Assembly: GCA_048887165.1 (NCBI GenBank)
Contig: JBHLJZ010000004.1
Coordinates: 5,538 to 69,537, forward strand
Source of the DNA: Candidatus Hodarchaeota archaeon
GTDB lineage: Archaea > Asgardarchaeota > Lokiarchaeia > Sigyniarchaeales > SOKP01
Length of the DNA stretch: 64,000 bases
Direction of reading: 5' to 3'
Each line of letters begins with the position of its first letter. The stretch's first letter is position 1. Of the stretch, positions 36,878 through 45,734 are shown piece by piece. Both the position numbers and the translations under genes were made by a program. Below the pieces are notes generated by a model. The model saw only the letters and a program-made list of their open reading frames with translations. It was not told the origin of the DNA and did no database searches.

Positions 36878-38230
36878 ATGAGCGAGAATTTAATTATTCA
36901 TGAGATTGAGGCAAATAAAGAAGAGTATATTAATTTATTTAGAAAATTAGTTCAAACAAATTCATATAATCCCCCTGGTAATGAAAAAAGTATTGCTTTA
37001 ATAATCGAACAATACTTAAAAGAAGCAGGTATTAAGGTTGAAATTTTTTCCTTTGATAATAATCGAGCTAACTTAATTGCTTATTTAAATGAAAATACTG
37101 AAGGAAGAAATTTATTATATAATGGTCATATGGATGTAGTTCCTCCAGGATCTGAGCAAGATTGGAAAAATGATCCTTTAGACGCCTATACCAAAAGAAA
37201 TAAATATATTTATGGAAGAGGAGCAGCAGATATGAAAGGAGGTCTAGCTGCTATGGTCATTGCTTTGAAGATATTAAAAAAATTAGAGATCCGAGTATCT
37301 GGAAACCTAATTCTAAACACAGTTGCGGATGAGGAGACAGGAGGAGAATATGGTACTAAATGGTCTTTAGATAATTGGCTTAAATCTGTTAAAATTGATT
37401 TTACTGTGATAGGAGAACCTTCTGGACTTAATCCACTCCCAAAAGCTATACTTTTAGGAGAAAAGGGGCGTCTGATTGTAAAAGTAAAAACAAATGGTAT
37501 ATCCTGCCACTCATCAATGCCAGCAATGGGAAAAAACGCCATCAATATGATGAGTGAGATTATTGAAAATCTGGATAAATTAAATGAGTATATACCTCCT
37601 ATAAACCCACCAATTGATAAAAATCAATTAAAAAAATTGATAGGATCATCTTTTCCGACTAATGATATTCTAGAAAAAATATTTTCAGAACAACCAGTTT
37701 TGCAGAGCCTACTAGATTCACTAGTACGTTTTACTAAAGCTGTAACTGTAATTAAGGGAGGGATTAAAGAGAATGTTATTCCTGATACCTGTGAAGCTAT
37801 TATTGACTTTAGGCTTTTACCGGATCAAGATGTTAATACAATTATGAAAGCATTACGAAAGATTATTGAAGAAGATTTGGGATATATGGTAAAAGATCAT
37901 AAAGCTGGCATATCAGGCAATGTATTTGTCAATTTGGAAATTGTGACTGCCTCAGAGGGTTCATATTGGAAAGAATGGCAAAATTCTTCTGATTTAAGAG
38001 AGTTTCATCAATTAGTTGAGAACATCTATCGAAGAAAACCTTTTTATTTTCTTTTGCCTGCTTCTGCTGATGCCCATTATCTACGAAACGATAACTTTTG
38101 TACTCAAACAATCTTATTTGGGCCAGGAAGTGCTGGAACAGCACACGCAGTAAATGAATATATAGAGATTCAAGACTTTATTAATGCAATAAAGGTTTAC
38201 ACCTTATTTGCTTACAGATTCTTAAGATAA
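36878..38230 (+). CDS. M20-family metallopeptidase (ArgE/DapE/acylase-like)
   Basis: 450 aa. Motifs GHMDVVP, GRGAADMKGG, and ADEETGG. Confidence 0.8.
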   Translation: MSENLIIHEIEANKEEYINLFRKLVQTNSYNPPGNEKSIALIIEQYLKEAGIKVEIFSFDNNRANLIAYLNENTEGRNLLYNGHMDVVPPGSEQDWKNDPLDAYTKRNKYIYGRGAADMKGGLAAMVIALKILKKLEIRVSGNLILNTVADEETGGEYGTKWSLDNWLKSVKIDFTVIGEPSGLNPLPKAILLGEKGRLIVKVKTNGISCHSSMPAMGKNAINMMSEIIENLDKLNEYIPPINPPIDKNQLKKLIGSSFPTNDILEKIFSEQPVLQSLLDSLVRFTKAVTVIKGGIKENVIPDTCEAIIDFRLLPDQDVNTIMKALRKIIEEDLGYMVKDHKAGISGNVFVNLEIVTASEGSYWKEWQNSSDLREFHQLVENIYRRKPFYFLLPASADAHYLRNDNFCTQTILFGPGSAGTAHAVNEYIEIQDFINAIKVYTLFAYRFLR

Positions 38231-38329
38231 AACTTTAATTTCCTTTTTATGTCTATATAAAATATAAATTTTTTTAAGAGTTAGATTTCTTAATAATTTT
38301 AAATTTATTGAATTTTTCATGTAAATATT

Positions 38330-39502
38330 TTGCAAGATATTAAAATTGAAGATACGGTTATACTTTTAGATACCTCTCGTTCAATGTTAAGAAAAGATTT
38401 CAAACCGAATCGGATAAATGTTGCATTGGGTGCAGTAAAAAATTTCATTCATTCAAAATTTGTAATAGATCCAAAAGATAGAATTGCAATAGTGACTTTT
38501 GGAGATACAACGAGAAGAATTTGTCCCTTTAGTTTTGAAGAAGAAAAATTGGTTGACTCGTTTAAGAAAATTCAGATCTCTGGTAAAGGTTTATTACATG
38601 AAGGAATCGCATTTTCTATCCAAATACTAGTAGGAGAAATGCGAAAAATCGGTGGAAAAACGCAAAGGATATTTATTGTCTCGGACAATAAGTTAATTTA
38701 TGACGAAAAAATAATGAAAATGGTCAATATCGCTAAGGGTTTAGGAATATATATCGATTCTTGCCAGCTAGGAAAATCGCAAGATTATAGTCAAACCATA
38801 TTAAAACAGATTACTCAATCAACAAATGGAGAATATGGATTTTTCAACAATACAAAAGCGATATTAAATGCAGGAAAAGCATTTGCTTCAAAGAAGGCAG
38901 CAAAAGAAACTACAGATTATTTCGCTCCAGATAAAAAGATTGAGCTGGCTCCTTTAATAAGTGAAATTGCATTACCATTGAGAAGACCTAATGTACTTGA
39001 TATTAGACTTATGATGACTGAAGGAAATAAGGGGCAAGAAAAGTGTTCGATTTGTCATTCAACTAAAGCACCAATAACAGAAGCAGATTTCTATTCTGAA
39101 GGGAGATATTGCCCCTCTTGTGATCGCCCAATGCATTTATCATGTGCTACAATGTGGGCGAAAAAAACTGAATATAAAGAAAATGTTTTTAGGTGTCCAT
39201 TTTGTTATTTTCTTCTTGAATTACCGAGATCAGCTTCAATTATAATAGAACAAAAAACGGAAGATGAACCAAAAATAAAAATTATTGATGAGACTGGTAT
39301 AAATACAACTAAAATGGTGGTAATTCCCGAGGCCCAAATTAATAGCATTGATGCTTCATGCACTTATTGCCACAGTATTTTTTTAGGAGATTACAAGGTT
39401 TATCAATGTGAAAAATGTGGCGCATATTACCATGAACCTTGTTTGAACAAGATGAATGAAGAAATCAAAGCATGCAGAAATTGCGGAGCATCGATCACCT
39501 AA
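38330..39502 (+). CDS. vWA-domain protein with two C-terminal C4HC3 (PHD/RING-like) zinc fingers
   Basis: 390 aa. MIDAS motif VILLDTSRSM (DxSxS). Finger 1 (nt 39044-39205): CSIC-x18-CPSC-x4-H-x2-C-x16-CPFC. Finger 2 (nt 39359-39484): CTYC-x12-CEKC-x4-H-x2-C-x10-CRNC. Confidence 0.75.
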   Translation: MQDIKIEDTVILLDTSRSMLRKDFKPNRINVALGAVKNFIHSKFVIDPKDRIAIVTFGDTTRRICPFSFEEEKLVDSFKKIQISGKGLLHEGIAFSIQILVGEMRKIGGKTQRIFIVSDNKLIYDEKIMKMVNIAKGLGIYIDSCQLGKSQDYSQTILKQITQSTNGEYGFFNNTKAILNAGKAFASKKAAKETTDYFAPDKKIELAPLISEIALPLRRPNVLDIRLMMTEGNKGQEKCSICHSTKAPITEADFYSEGRYCPSCDRPMHLSCATMWAKKTEYKENVFRCPFCYFLLELPRSASIIIEQKTEDEPKIKIIDETGINTTKMVVIPEAQINSIDASCTYCHSIFLGDYKVYQCEKCGAYYHEPCLNKMNEEIKACRNCGASIT

Positions 39503-39636
39503 CGATAAAACTTATTTTTTAACAGAGTATTTTAAGTTATAACGCATTCCTAGATCAATTTTACATAAATATTGTCAATTTTTTAACATTAATCTAATAA
39601 AATTGAAATAATAAAGTAAATTACTTAACAAATACG

Positions 39637-39643
39637 AGGAGGT
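39637..39643 (+). promoter_or_regulatory. Shine-Dalgarno-like ribosome-binding site for metG
   Basis: AGGAGGT lies 5 nt upstream of ATT 39649 and 8 nt upstream of CTG 39652, in the MetRS reading frame. Confidence 0.5.
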
Positions 39644-39648
39644 AACTT

Positions 39649-41700
39649 ATTCTGTCTAAAACTAAAACTAATAAATGGATTATCACTTCGGCTTGGCCTT
39701 ATTCAACTCAACCACCTCATCTCGGTAATTTAATAGGGAGTACTCTCTCTGCAGATGTATTTGCAAGATTTCTTAGAATGAAGGGTGATGAAGTTGTTTT
39801 TGTTTCAGGTTCAGATACACATGGAACACCCGTTGCCGTGGAAGCAAAAAAATCAGGTATTTCTACAGAGGAGCTAGCTTTAAGGAACCATGCAATTATT
39901 AAAGATTTACATAAAAAATGGAAAATTTCATTTGATAATTACACTTTAACGCACAATCCAACACATATTGAATTTGTACAGAATTTCTATTTAGATATAC
40001 AAAAGAATGGATATATCTTTGAAAAAGAAATTGAATCATTATTTTGTGAAATCGATAATTTATTTCTACCAGATAGATTTGTCGAAGGAGTATGTCCTTT
40101 CTGTGGAGATGAAAAAGCAAGAGGAGATCAATGTGATAAGTGTCAAAAACTTCTTACTCCTTTAGAATTAAAGAATCCTCAATGCGCTATCTGCGGAAAT
40201 CCTCCAAAAGTTAAAAAAACTAAACATTGGTATATGGATTTTCCCAAATTACAGGAAAGTTTAGAAATTTTGATTGAAAATAATAAGATTATTCCCTCGA
40301 ATGCAAGACAAATGTGTTTAAATAGTATTTCTGAAGGTTTACCAGAAAGATCAATTACTAGGGATTTAGAGTGGGGAATTCCTGCACCTTTTAAAGGAGC
40401 TGATAATAAAACTATCTACGTTTGGTTTGAGGCAGTATTAGGGTACATATCTGCCGTCAAAGAATGGGCAGAAAAAATAATTAAAGATCCAGAAAAATTT
40501 AGATACTTTTGGAAAGATCCCAATACTAAAACAGTTTATTTTATTGGAAAAGATAATATCATTTTTCATTTAATTGTATTTCCAGGTTTATTAATGGCTT
40601 ATAATAATGACAAAAAAGAAACTGATAGATTCGTTCTTCCGTATAATGTCTCTTCTACTGAATTTTTAATGTATGAGAATGAAAAATTTTCAAAGTCAAG
40701 AGGCATTGGTATCTGGATTGATGAAGCATTAGAATTGGCACCAATTGATTATTGGCGTTTCAATTTAATTTACAACCGCCCTGAAACTAGCGATACATCG
40801 TTTTTATGGTCAGAATTTGAAAACAACATTAAAGCTTTGAATGATAACATTGGAAATTTTATTCACAGAACTTTAACATTCATTAATAAACAATTTAATG
40901 GAAAAGTTCCCAAAAAATTAGAATATGACGAAATTGATAGAAATTTTATTGACAAAATCAATAATATTAGTTTTGAAATAAGTGAGAACTTAGAAAATTT
41001 CAATTTAAGAAAAGCTCTCAGAGAAATTGTTAATTTTGGAAAAGAAGGGAATGTTTATTTGAATGAAAAGGCACCATGGCATATAATAAAGAAAAATAAA
41101 GATTTAGCAGGCCACGTATTTAATATTTGTATTCAAGCAGTCTATGCATTTGCTGTCCTTTTAGGGCCTTTCATTCCTGATACTTCTGAAACAATACTCT
41201 CTTATCTAAATGCTCCATCATTGAAGGATATAAGATGGGAGAGTATTAATGAAAATTCTATAGAAGAGGGAATAAAAATGAAAAAACCTGAACCCTTATT
41301 TCAAAAACTTGATGTCGATGAGATTAAAAATAAACTCCAAAATTTAAGAGAACAAAAATTAAGAGGAGCTGAAAAAGGATTGATATCATATGATGATTTC
41401 AAAAAATTAGATATAAAAGTTGCATTGGTAGAAGAAGTAGAAAAAGTACTTAAAGCAGATAAGCTGTATAAATTAACCATTAACCTAGGGACAGAAAAAA
41501 GAACTTTAGCAGCAGGATTAGCAGAACATTATAAAGCAGAAGAACTAAGAGGTAAAAAAATAGTTGTTTTAACAAATTTAGAACCTAGAAAACTTAGGGG
41601 TATTACTAGTCAAGGTATGCTTCTTGCTGCAGTTGAAGGAGATAAAGTATCTATTTTAAAGCCAGATAAAGACATTCCTCCCGGAGCCAAAGTAGAATAA
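39649..41700 (+). CDS. metG: Methionyl-tRNA synthetase with a C-terminal Trbp111/EMAP-like tRNA-binding domain
   Basis: The track ORF (ATG 39778) lacks the HIGH motif. The frame is open from 39646 and encodes ...KWIITSAWPYSTQPPHLGNLIGSTLSADVFARFLRMKGDEV. Zinc knuckles CPFCG...CDKC, and KMSKS = KFSKSRG. C-terminal LDIKVALVEEV...ADKLYKLTINLG. The start must be non-AUG (ATT 39649 or CTG 39652). Confidence 0.9.
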   Translation: MLSKTKTNKWIITSAWPYSTQPPHLGNLIGSTLSADVFARFLRMKGDEVVFVSGSDTHGTPVAVEAKKSGISTEELALRNHAIIKDLHKKWKISFDNYTLTHNPTHIEFVQNFYLDIQKNGYIFEKEIESLFCEIDNLFLPDRFVEGVCPFCGDEKARGDQCDKCQKLLTPLELKNPQCAICGNPPKVKKTKHWYMDFPKLQESLEILIENNKIIPSNARQMCLNSISEGLPERSITRDLEWGIPAPFKGADNKTIYVWFEAVLGYISAVKEWAEKIIKDPEKFRYFWKDPNTKTVYFIGKDNIIFHLIVFPGLLMAYNNDKKETDRFVLPYNVSSTEFLMYENEKFSKSRGIGIWIDEALELAPIDYWRFNLIYNRPETSDTSFLWSEFENNIKALNDNIGNFIHRTLTFINKQFNGKVPKKLEYDEIDRNFIDKINNISFEISENLENFNLRKALREIVNFGKEGNVYLNEKAPWHIIKKNKDLAGHVFNICIQAVYAFAVLLGPFIPDTSETILSYLNAPSLKDIRWESINENSIEEGIKMKKPEPLFQKLDVDEIKNKLQNLREQKLRGAEKGLISYDDFKKLDIKVALVEEVEKVLKADKLYKLTINLGTEKRTLAAGLAEHYKAEELRGKKIVVLTNLEPRKLRGITSQGMLLAAVEGDKVSILKPDKDIPPGAKVE

Positions 41701-42945
41701 TTATAGTTTTAATGAAAAGATAGGATTTAATCTAGCTACGATTTCACCCAAATCTAATTGAAGAGATTTGAGTATTACATCTCTTCCCCTATATTCAAAT
41801 TGTAGTTCTTTTACATTTCTTAAAATCTTTAATTTAGATTTGTCTTTTACTAATTCACATACAAAATATCTTTGATCCTTATATTCAAGTACTCTTTGAA
41901 CAGTTAATATATCAGGTAAAGTATAGCCTCCTCCATGGGGTAGTAAGTTAGCATTCTTTAGCAATTCTTTTAATCCTAGCTCTTCAGCTCTCTCCGTAAA
42001 TTTATTATTTCGAAGGACGGTTCCTGAAAAATTTTTTTTTCCCCTAAATAAATAACATGCTATATCAGCTCTAAGCGCAGTAGGATAAATATTTGATTCA
42101 ATATGATCACAGTTAGAATCGGTACAATTACTTCCTAAGTACATATTATTATAATCTTTTAAGAACTGATGAGGTTGATTGCAAATAATATTTAATTTAT
42201 CACCAAATAAACGGGACCCAATGATTTCACGCTTTTTATTAGAAAATTTCAAAGCTTTATTATGAAAATCTAGATATTCTTTTGCATCAGAATCAAGTAA
42301 GACATATTGTGATCCAAATATTGTTTTTTCCTCAATTGACTTTTCTTTTAAAGTTTTTGAAGAATCAATATATAAACCTATACCGTATTTGTCATTTCTA
42401 AATTCAGGAGCAGAACCATGAATTAAGAACAAATATGGAGGAAATTTAATGTCAGATAAATTCTTAGTTTCAAAACAATTAACAAAATGGTTAGAAATTC
42501 CATAATCCCAATTTATTAAAATATTATCATAATATAGTTCTGTAGATTTAATATTATCAATTTCCTTGATAATATCATAAGGATCAGGTAACTCATCTAA
42601 ACCTCCTGCCAATATTCCGCAACAATTTGGCTTTACATTTAAAAAGATTAATCTCTCTTTACCATTACCCCAATTTAACCGTCCACCATACCCTAAACCA
42701 GAATTCCACCTATAATTATTACGAGATATTGTTTCGTCTGGAGAGGATATAAATGTCGCTTTTGGGTCAAAACCATATTTTTCTTGAATTAATTGAAATT
42801 GTGAAAGACCATATTTCATATTTTCTCTGCATAATCTCGAAGCACCATCATTTAATCCCGTAGAAAATATGAAATTACTTGCTCTTTGCAATAAATCTTC
42901 TTTATTTAAATTAATTAAGTTAGAATGAAGGCTTCTTGAGCTCAT
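41701..42945 (-). CDS. Hypothetical protein, possibly a divergent RtcB-like fold
   Basis: 414 aa. Ordered motifs KPNCCGILAGG / ISNHFVNCFE / LIHGSAPEF / CNQPHQF / LLPHGGGY resemble the RtcB Cys / GNHFIE / HSGSRG / HN / HGAGR order. This is from memory, and the spacing is only partly consistent. Confidence 0.35.
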   Translation of the reverse strand: MSSRSLHSNLINLNKEDLLQRASNFIFSTGLNDGASRLCRENMKYGLSQFQLIQEKYGFDPKATFISSPDETISRNNYRWNSGLGYGGRLNWGNGKERLIFLNVKPNCCGILAGGLDELPDPYDIIKEIDNIKSTELYYDNILINWDYGISNHFVNCFETKNLSDIKFPPYLFLIHGSAPEFRNDKYGIGLYIDSSKTLKEKSIEEKTIFGSQYVLLDSDAKEYLDFHNKALKFSNKKREIIGSRLFGDKLNIICNQPHQFLKDYNNMYLGSNCTDSNCDHIESNIYPTALRADIACYLFRGKKNFSGTVLRNNKFTERAEELGLKELLKNANLLPHGGGYTLPDILTVQRVLEYKDQRYFVCELVKDKSKLKILRNVKELQFEYRGRDVILKSLQLDLGEIVARLNPIFSLKL

Positions 42946-43069
42946 TCGACTAAAATTTATTCCTTAATAAAGTTAAATAAGTTATATAATAACTTATTAT
43001 ATAATATTAATGATAAAATAATGCTAATCGCTAATAACTAAATATAAATAATATCTTATAAAAAATATT

Positions 43070-43705
43070 ATGAGCTCAGTTAATGGCAATATTCTCTTTG
43101 ATTCTGTAAAAGAAATAAAGTCTGAAGGAATATTTAAAGGATCTATAATAACAAAGTGTAATGATGATTACAAATCAGTAATTTTTTCCGATAATATGAG
43201 AATTACAAATTCGGAAGGAGTTTATATTACAGAAGGGCTGAATGTTGGTTTTAAACTCATAGGAAATAAGATGTCAGCATTTTCTAAAAAGGGAGATTTC
43301 TATTGGAAGGATAACATAAGTTCCCTTGAGTACTCTGTATTAATCCCCGAAGATATAATGAAGGTTTATGATGAGGGACAATTTGGTGACGCATTTCCTT
43401 TTACACTAAATTTATTACATACAGCGGGACTTTATTTAAGTAATTATGAATATGGTATAAATCATCTTGACTTTTTCAAAGGAGAGATTCTTAAGAATCC
43501 AGTTTCTCTAATAATGAATGGTATCATCGTTGCGGATAGGGTGGTTATCGATCATCGAGGTGATCCTGTATTTTACGATTGTCTGATTGTGGGAAGAGAT
43601 CAAAAAGAGGATTTATCAGTATCGTATGAACCATTAACAAATGTAAAGAAGTCATTAGCAAATGTTGAATATATTATCATTTTAGGGATTGAAGAATTAA
43701 AATAA
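43070..43705 (+). CDS. Hypothetical protein
   Basis: 211-aa ORF with ordinary composition and no motif recognised. Lies 21 nt upstream of the ATPase gene. Confidence 0.5.
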   Translation: MSSVNGNILFDSVKEIKSEGIFKGSIITKCNDDYKSVIFSDNMRITNSEGVYITEGLNVGFKLIGNKMSAFSKKGDFYWKDNISSLEYSVLIPEDIMKVYDEGQFGDAFPFTLNLLHTAGLYLSNYEYGINHLDFFKGEILKNPVSLIMNGIIVADRVVIDHRGDPVFYDCLIVGRDQKEDLSVSYEPLTNVKKSLANVEYIIILGIEELK

Positions 43706-43726
43706 GAATAATCAAATTGTGACATT

Positions 43727-44968
43727 ATGCTCTTATTTGACAATAAAAAGGCTAGATTACTGAATTTCTTAAAATTAGGAATAAATCCCTTTAAAAAATT
43801 TGTAATTACAGGAGAGATTAAAGAAGATCTGAGTTTAGTTAAATCTAGAAAAGAATTTTTAGATAAAATTGTTAAAGTCATTGAAAATGAGAAAAACTTT
43901 ATTCTACCAATCGTTGGAGAAGTTGGAATTGGAAAAACGCACTTATTCTGGGCTCTGAAGAATAAATTATACTATCATAACGCATTTTATATTTCCTTAG
44001 AAAATGTAATAAAGAAATTCTTTTACAATATTTATTCTGAATTTATAGAAGCTATTGGTGTCGAACCATTAAGAAATATAGTTAATCATATATGTAATCA
44101 ATGGGGCGCTTTAGAAAGAAAATTTGGCTTTTTTCATGTGGCAAATATAGAAAAAGTCAGAAAAATTGCATTTAATAAATTATCAGAACAATATCCTCAA
44201 GATGAAAGATTCGCATTATTAGATATAATAAACGGTATAACAACACACCAATTAGATTTGTATAAAAAAGTTGAAGCAGAGGGTTGGCTTTTAGCAGAAT
44301 TGATGAATATCAAGGAGTTATCAAGTTTAAACATGAGGCATGATCTTAGGAACAGTAAAACGGCTTATATCATGTTAAAGCTATTAATCGAAAATTCTAA
44401 ATTAGGGAGCGTTTTGTTCATTGATGATTTCGAAAAAGCTATTACTATGACAAAACCAGTAATAGAACTTGAAACAGAATCAGAGGAGGTTTTTGATCGA
44501 AGTTGGTTATATGGAAAGAAATCTTCCCCAGATAATCTACTTAAATCTAAAAAAATTTTTGAAAAATTATTTAAATTAAATCAGATCAATGGATTGCGAA
44601 TCATCATAATGTTAAATTCTCTTAATTGCCTAGGAGAAATAAAGCGGAAATTACGAAATATTGATGGGGAAGTAATTTTAAATATAAAAGAGCCCATGAT
44701 TATTCCTAAATTAGATGAAAATGATACCCATGAGATTTATAAGAAAAATTTAAAGGTTTTCCTTGAAAGTATAGATTTCGGAGATTATTTAAAACAATTT
44801 CCAAACGAGCTTTTCCCATTAAATGAGGAAATATTACATAAGATCTTTCAAAAATCAAGCGGAAATCCAAGAGAGATTATGAAATTGTTAATAAAATTAT
44901 TTAATGAAATAATTTATTCTAGTGACAATTTAAATACGATTTTAGAAGATTTTCTTAACTCTAATTAA
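43727..44968 (+). CDS. AAA+/P-loop ATPase (Orc1/Cdc6-like or archaeal-ATPase-like core, no winged helix seen)
   Basis: 413 aa. Walker A VGEVGIGKTHL. Walker B VLFIDDFEKA. Lid/sensor-2-like SGNPREIMKLL. Confidence 0.65.
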   Translation: MLLFDNKKARLLNFLKLGINPFKKFVITGEIKEDLSLVKSRKEFLDKIVKVIENEKNFILPIVGEVGIGKTHLFWALKNKLYYHNAFYISLENVIKKFFYNIYSEFIEAIGVEPLRNIVNHICNQWGALERKFGFFHVANIEKVRKIAFNKLSEQYPQDERFALLDIINGITTHQLDLYKKVEAEGWLLAELMNIKELSSLNMRHDLRNSKTAYIMLKLLIENSKLGSVLFIDDFEKAITMTKPVIELETESEEVFDRSWLYGKKSSPDNLLKSKKIFEKLFKLNQINGLRIIIMLNSLNCLGEIKRKLRNIDGEVILNIKEPMIIPKLDENDTHEIYKKNLKVFLESIDFGDYLKQFPNELFPLNEEILHKIFQKSSGNPREIMKLLIKLFNEIIYSSDNLNTILEDFLNSN

Positions 44969-44969
44969 G

Positions 44970-45704
44970 CTATAATCTCTTTAATAGTATCTTTTCATAT
45001 ATCTCGATTTCATTGATTATAAGATTTTTATATTCTTCTTCCCATTTAGATTTGAGAATTAATTCCTTAAAACTATTTAAAGTATCAAAAGAGTTTATGT
45101 AATTAATTAATAAGGATCTAATAATTCTGTTATTCAAGAATTTATAGTTTTTAGAATAGTTCAAGAAATCTATTAAATCATTATTTTCCTTAATGTTCTT
45201 TTTAATGATATCAATACTTTTATCTAATATAACAGAACTAGTAGAATTAAGATTTTTCATTAGAATTATTAAAATATTCATAGGAATTGTTTCTATAAAA
45301 ATTAATAACTCTAAAGCTTTTTCTTTAATTGGAAGATAATCTTCATTCAATGCAAAACTTAATAATTCAAGTAATTTCTCATTTGGAGCAAAATTTGGGG
45401 AAATCTTGATAAATGCTTGGAGTATTTCATCTCGTACCCATCTATCAGATTCAAAATAATTATTTACAAGATATTCGTAAAATTTTTCGTCTAATTTTGA
45501 TATTGTTCCAATTTCTCCTAATAAGTATATAAAATTAATTTTTACTTTTTCTAATAAATTTGAATCAAGGTCATTCAAGATAAAATCTATTAAATCTGAA
45601 GGTATATCCTTTGCATTTTTACTTAATAAAATTAAATAATCATTTAACATTTCTGGATTATCTATTTCCTGGATTTTACTAATTATTTCATCTAAATTAT
45701 CCAT
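44970..45704 (-). CDS. All-helical HEAT/ARM-like repeat protein
   Basis: 244 aa. Periodic helical repeats containing D.RWVRDEILQAF and similar HEAT-like strings. Confidence 0.45.
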   Translation of the reverse strand: MDNLDEIISKIQEIDNPEMLNDYLILLSKNAKDIPSDLIDFILNDLDSNLLEKVKINFIYLLGEIGTISKLDEKFYEYLVNNYFESDRWVRDEILQAFIKISPNFAPNEKLLELLSFALNEDYLPIKEKALELLIFIETIPMNILIILMKNLNSTSSVILDKSIDIIKKNIKENNDLIDFLNYSKNYKFLNNRIIRSLLINYINSFDTLNSFKELILKSKWEEEYKNLIINEIEIYEKILLKRL

Positions 45705-45734
45705 AAGTAAAACTGTATATCTTTCTTAACATTT

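Noticed and set aside
39778-39780. ATG 39778 as the MetRS start, as given in the ORF track.
   Set aside because: It would delete the HIGH (PHLGN) motif and the first beta-strand, which are encoded in-frame upstream. The true start must be at about 39649-39652.
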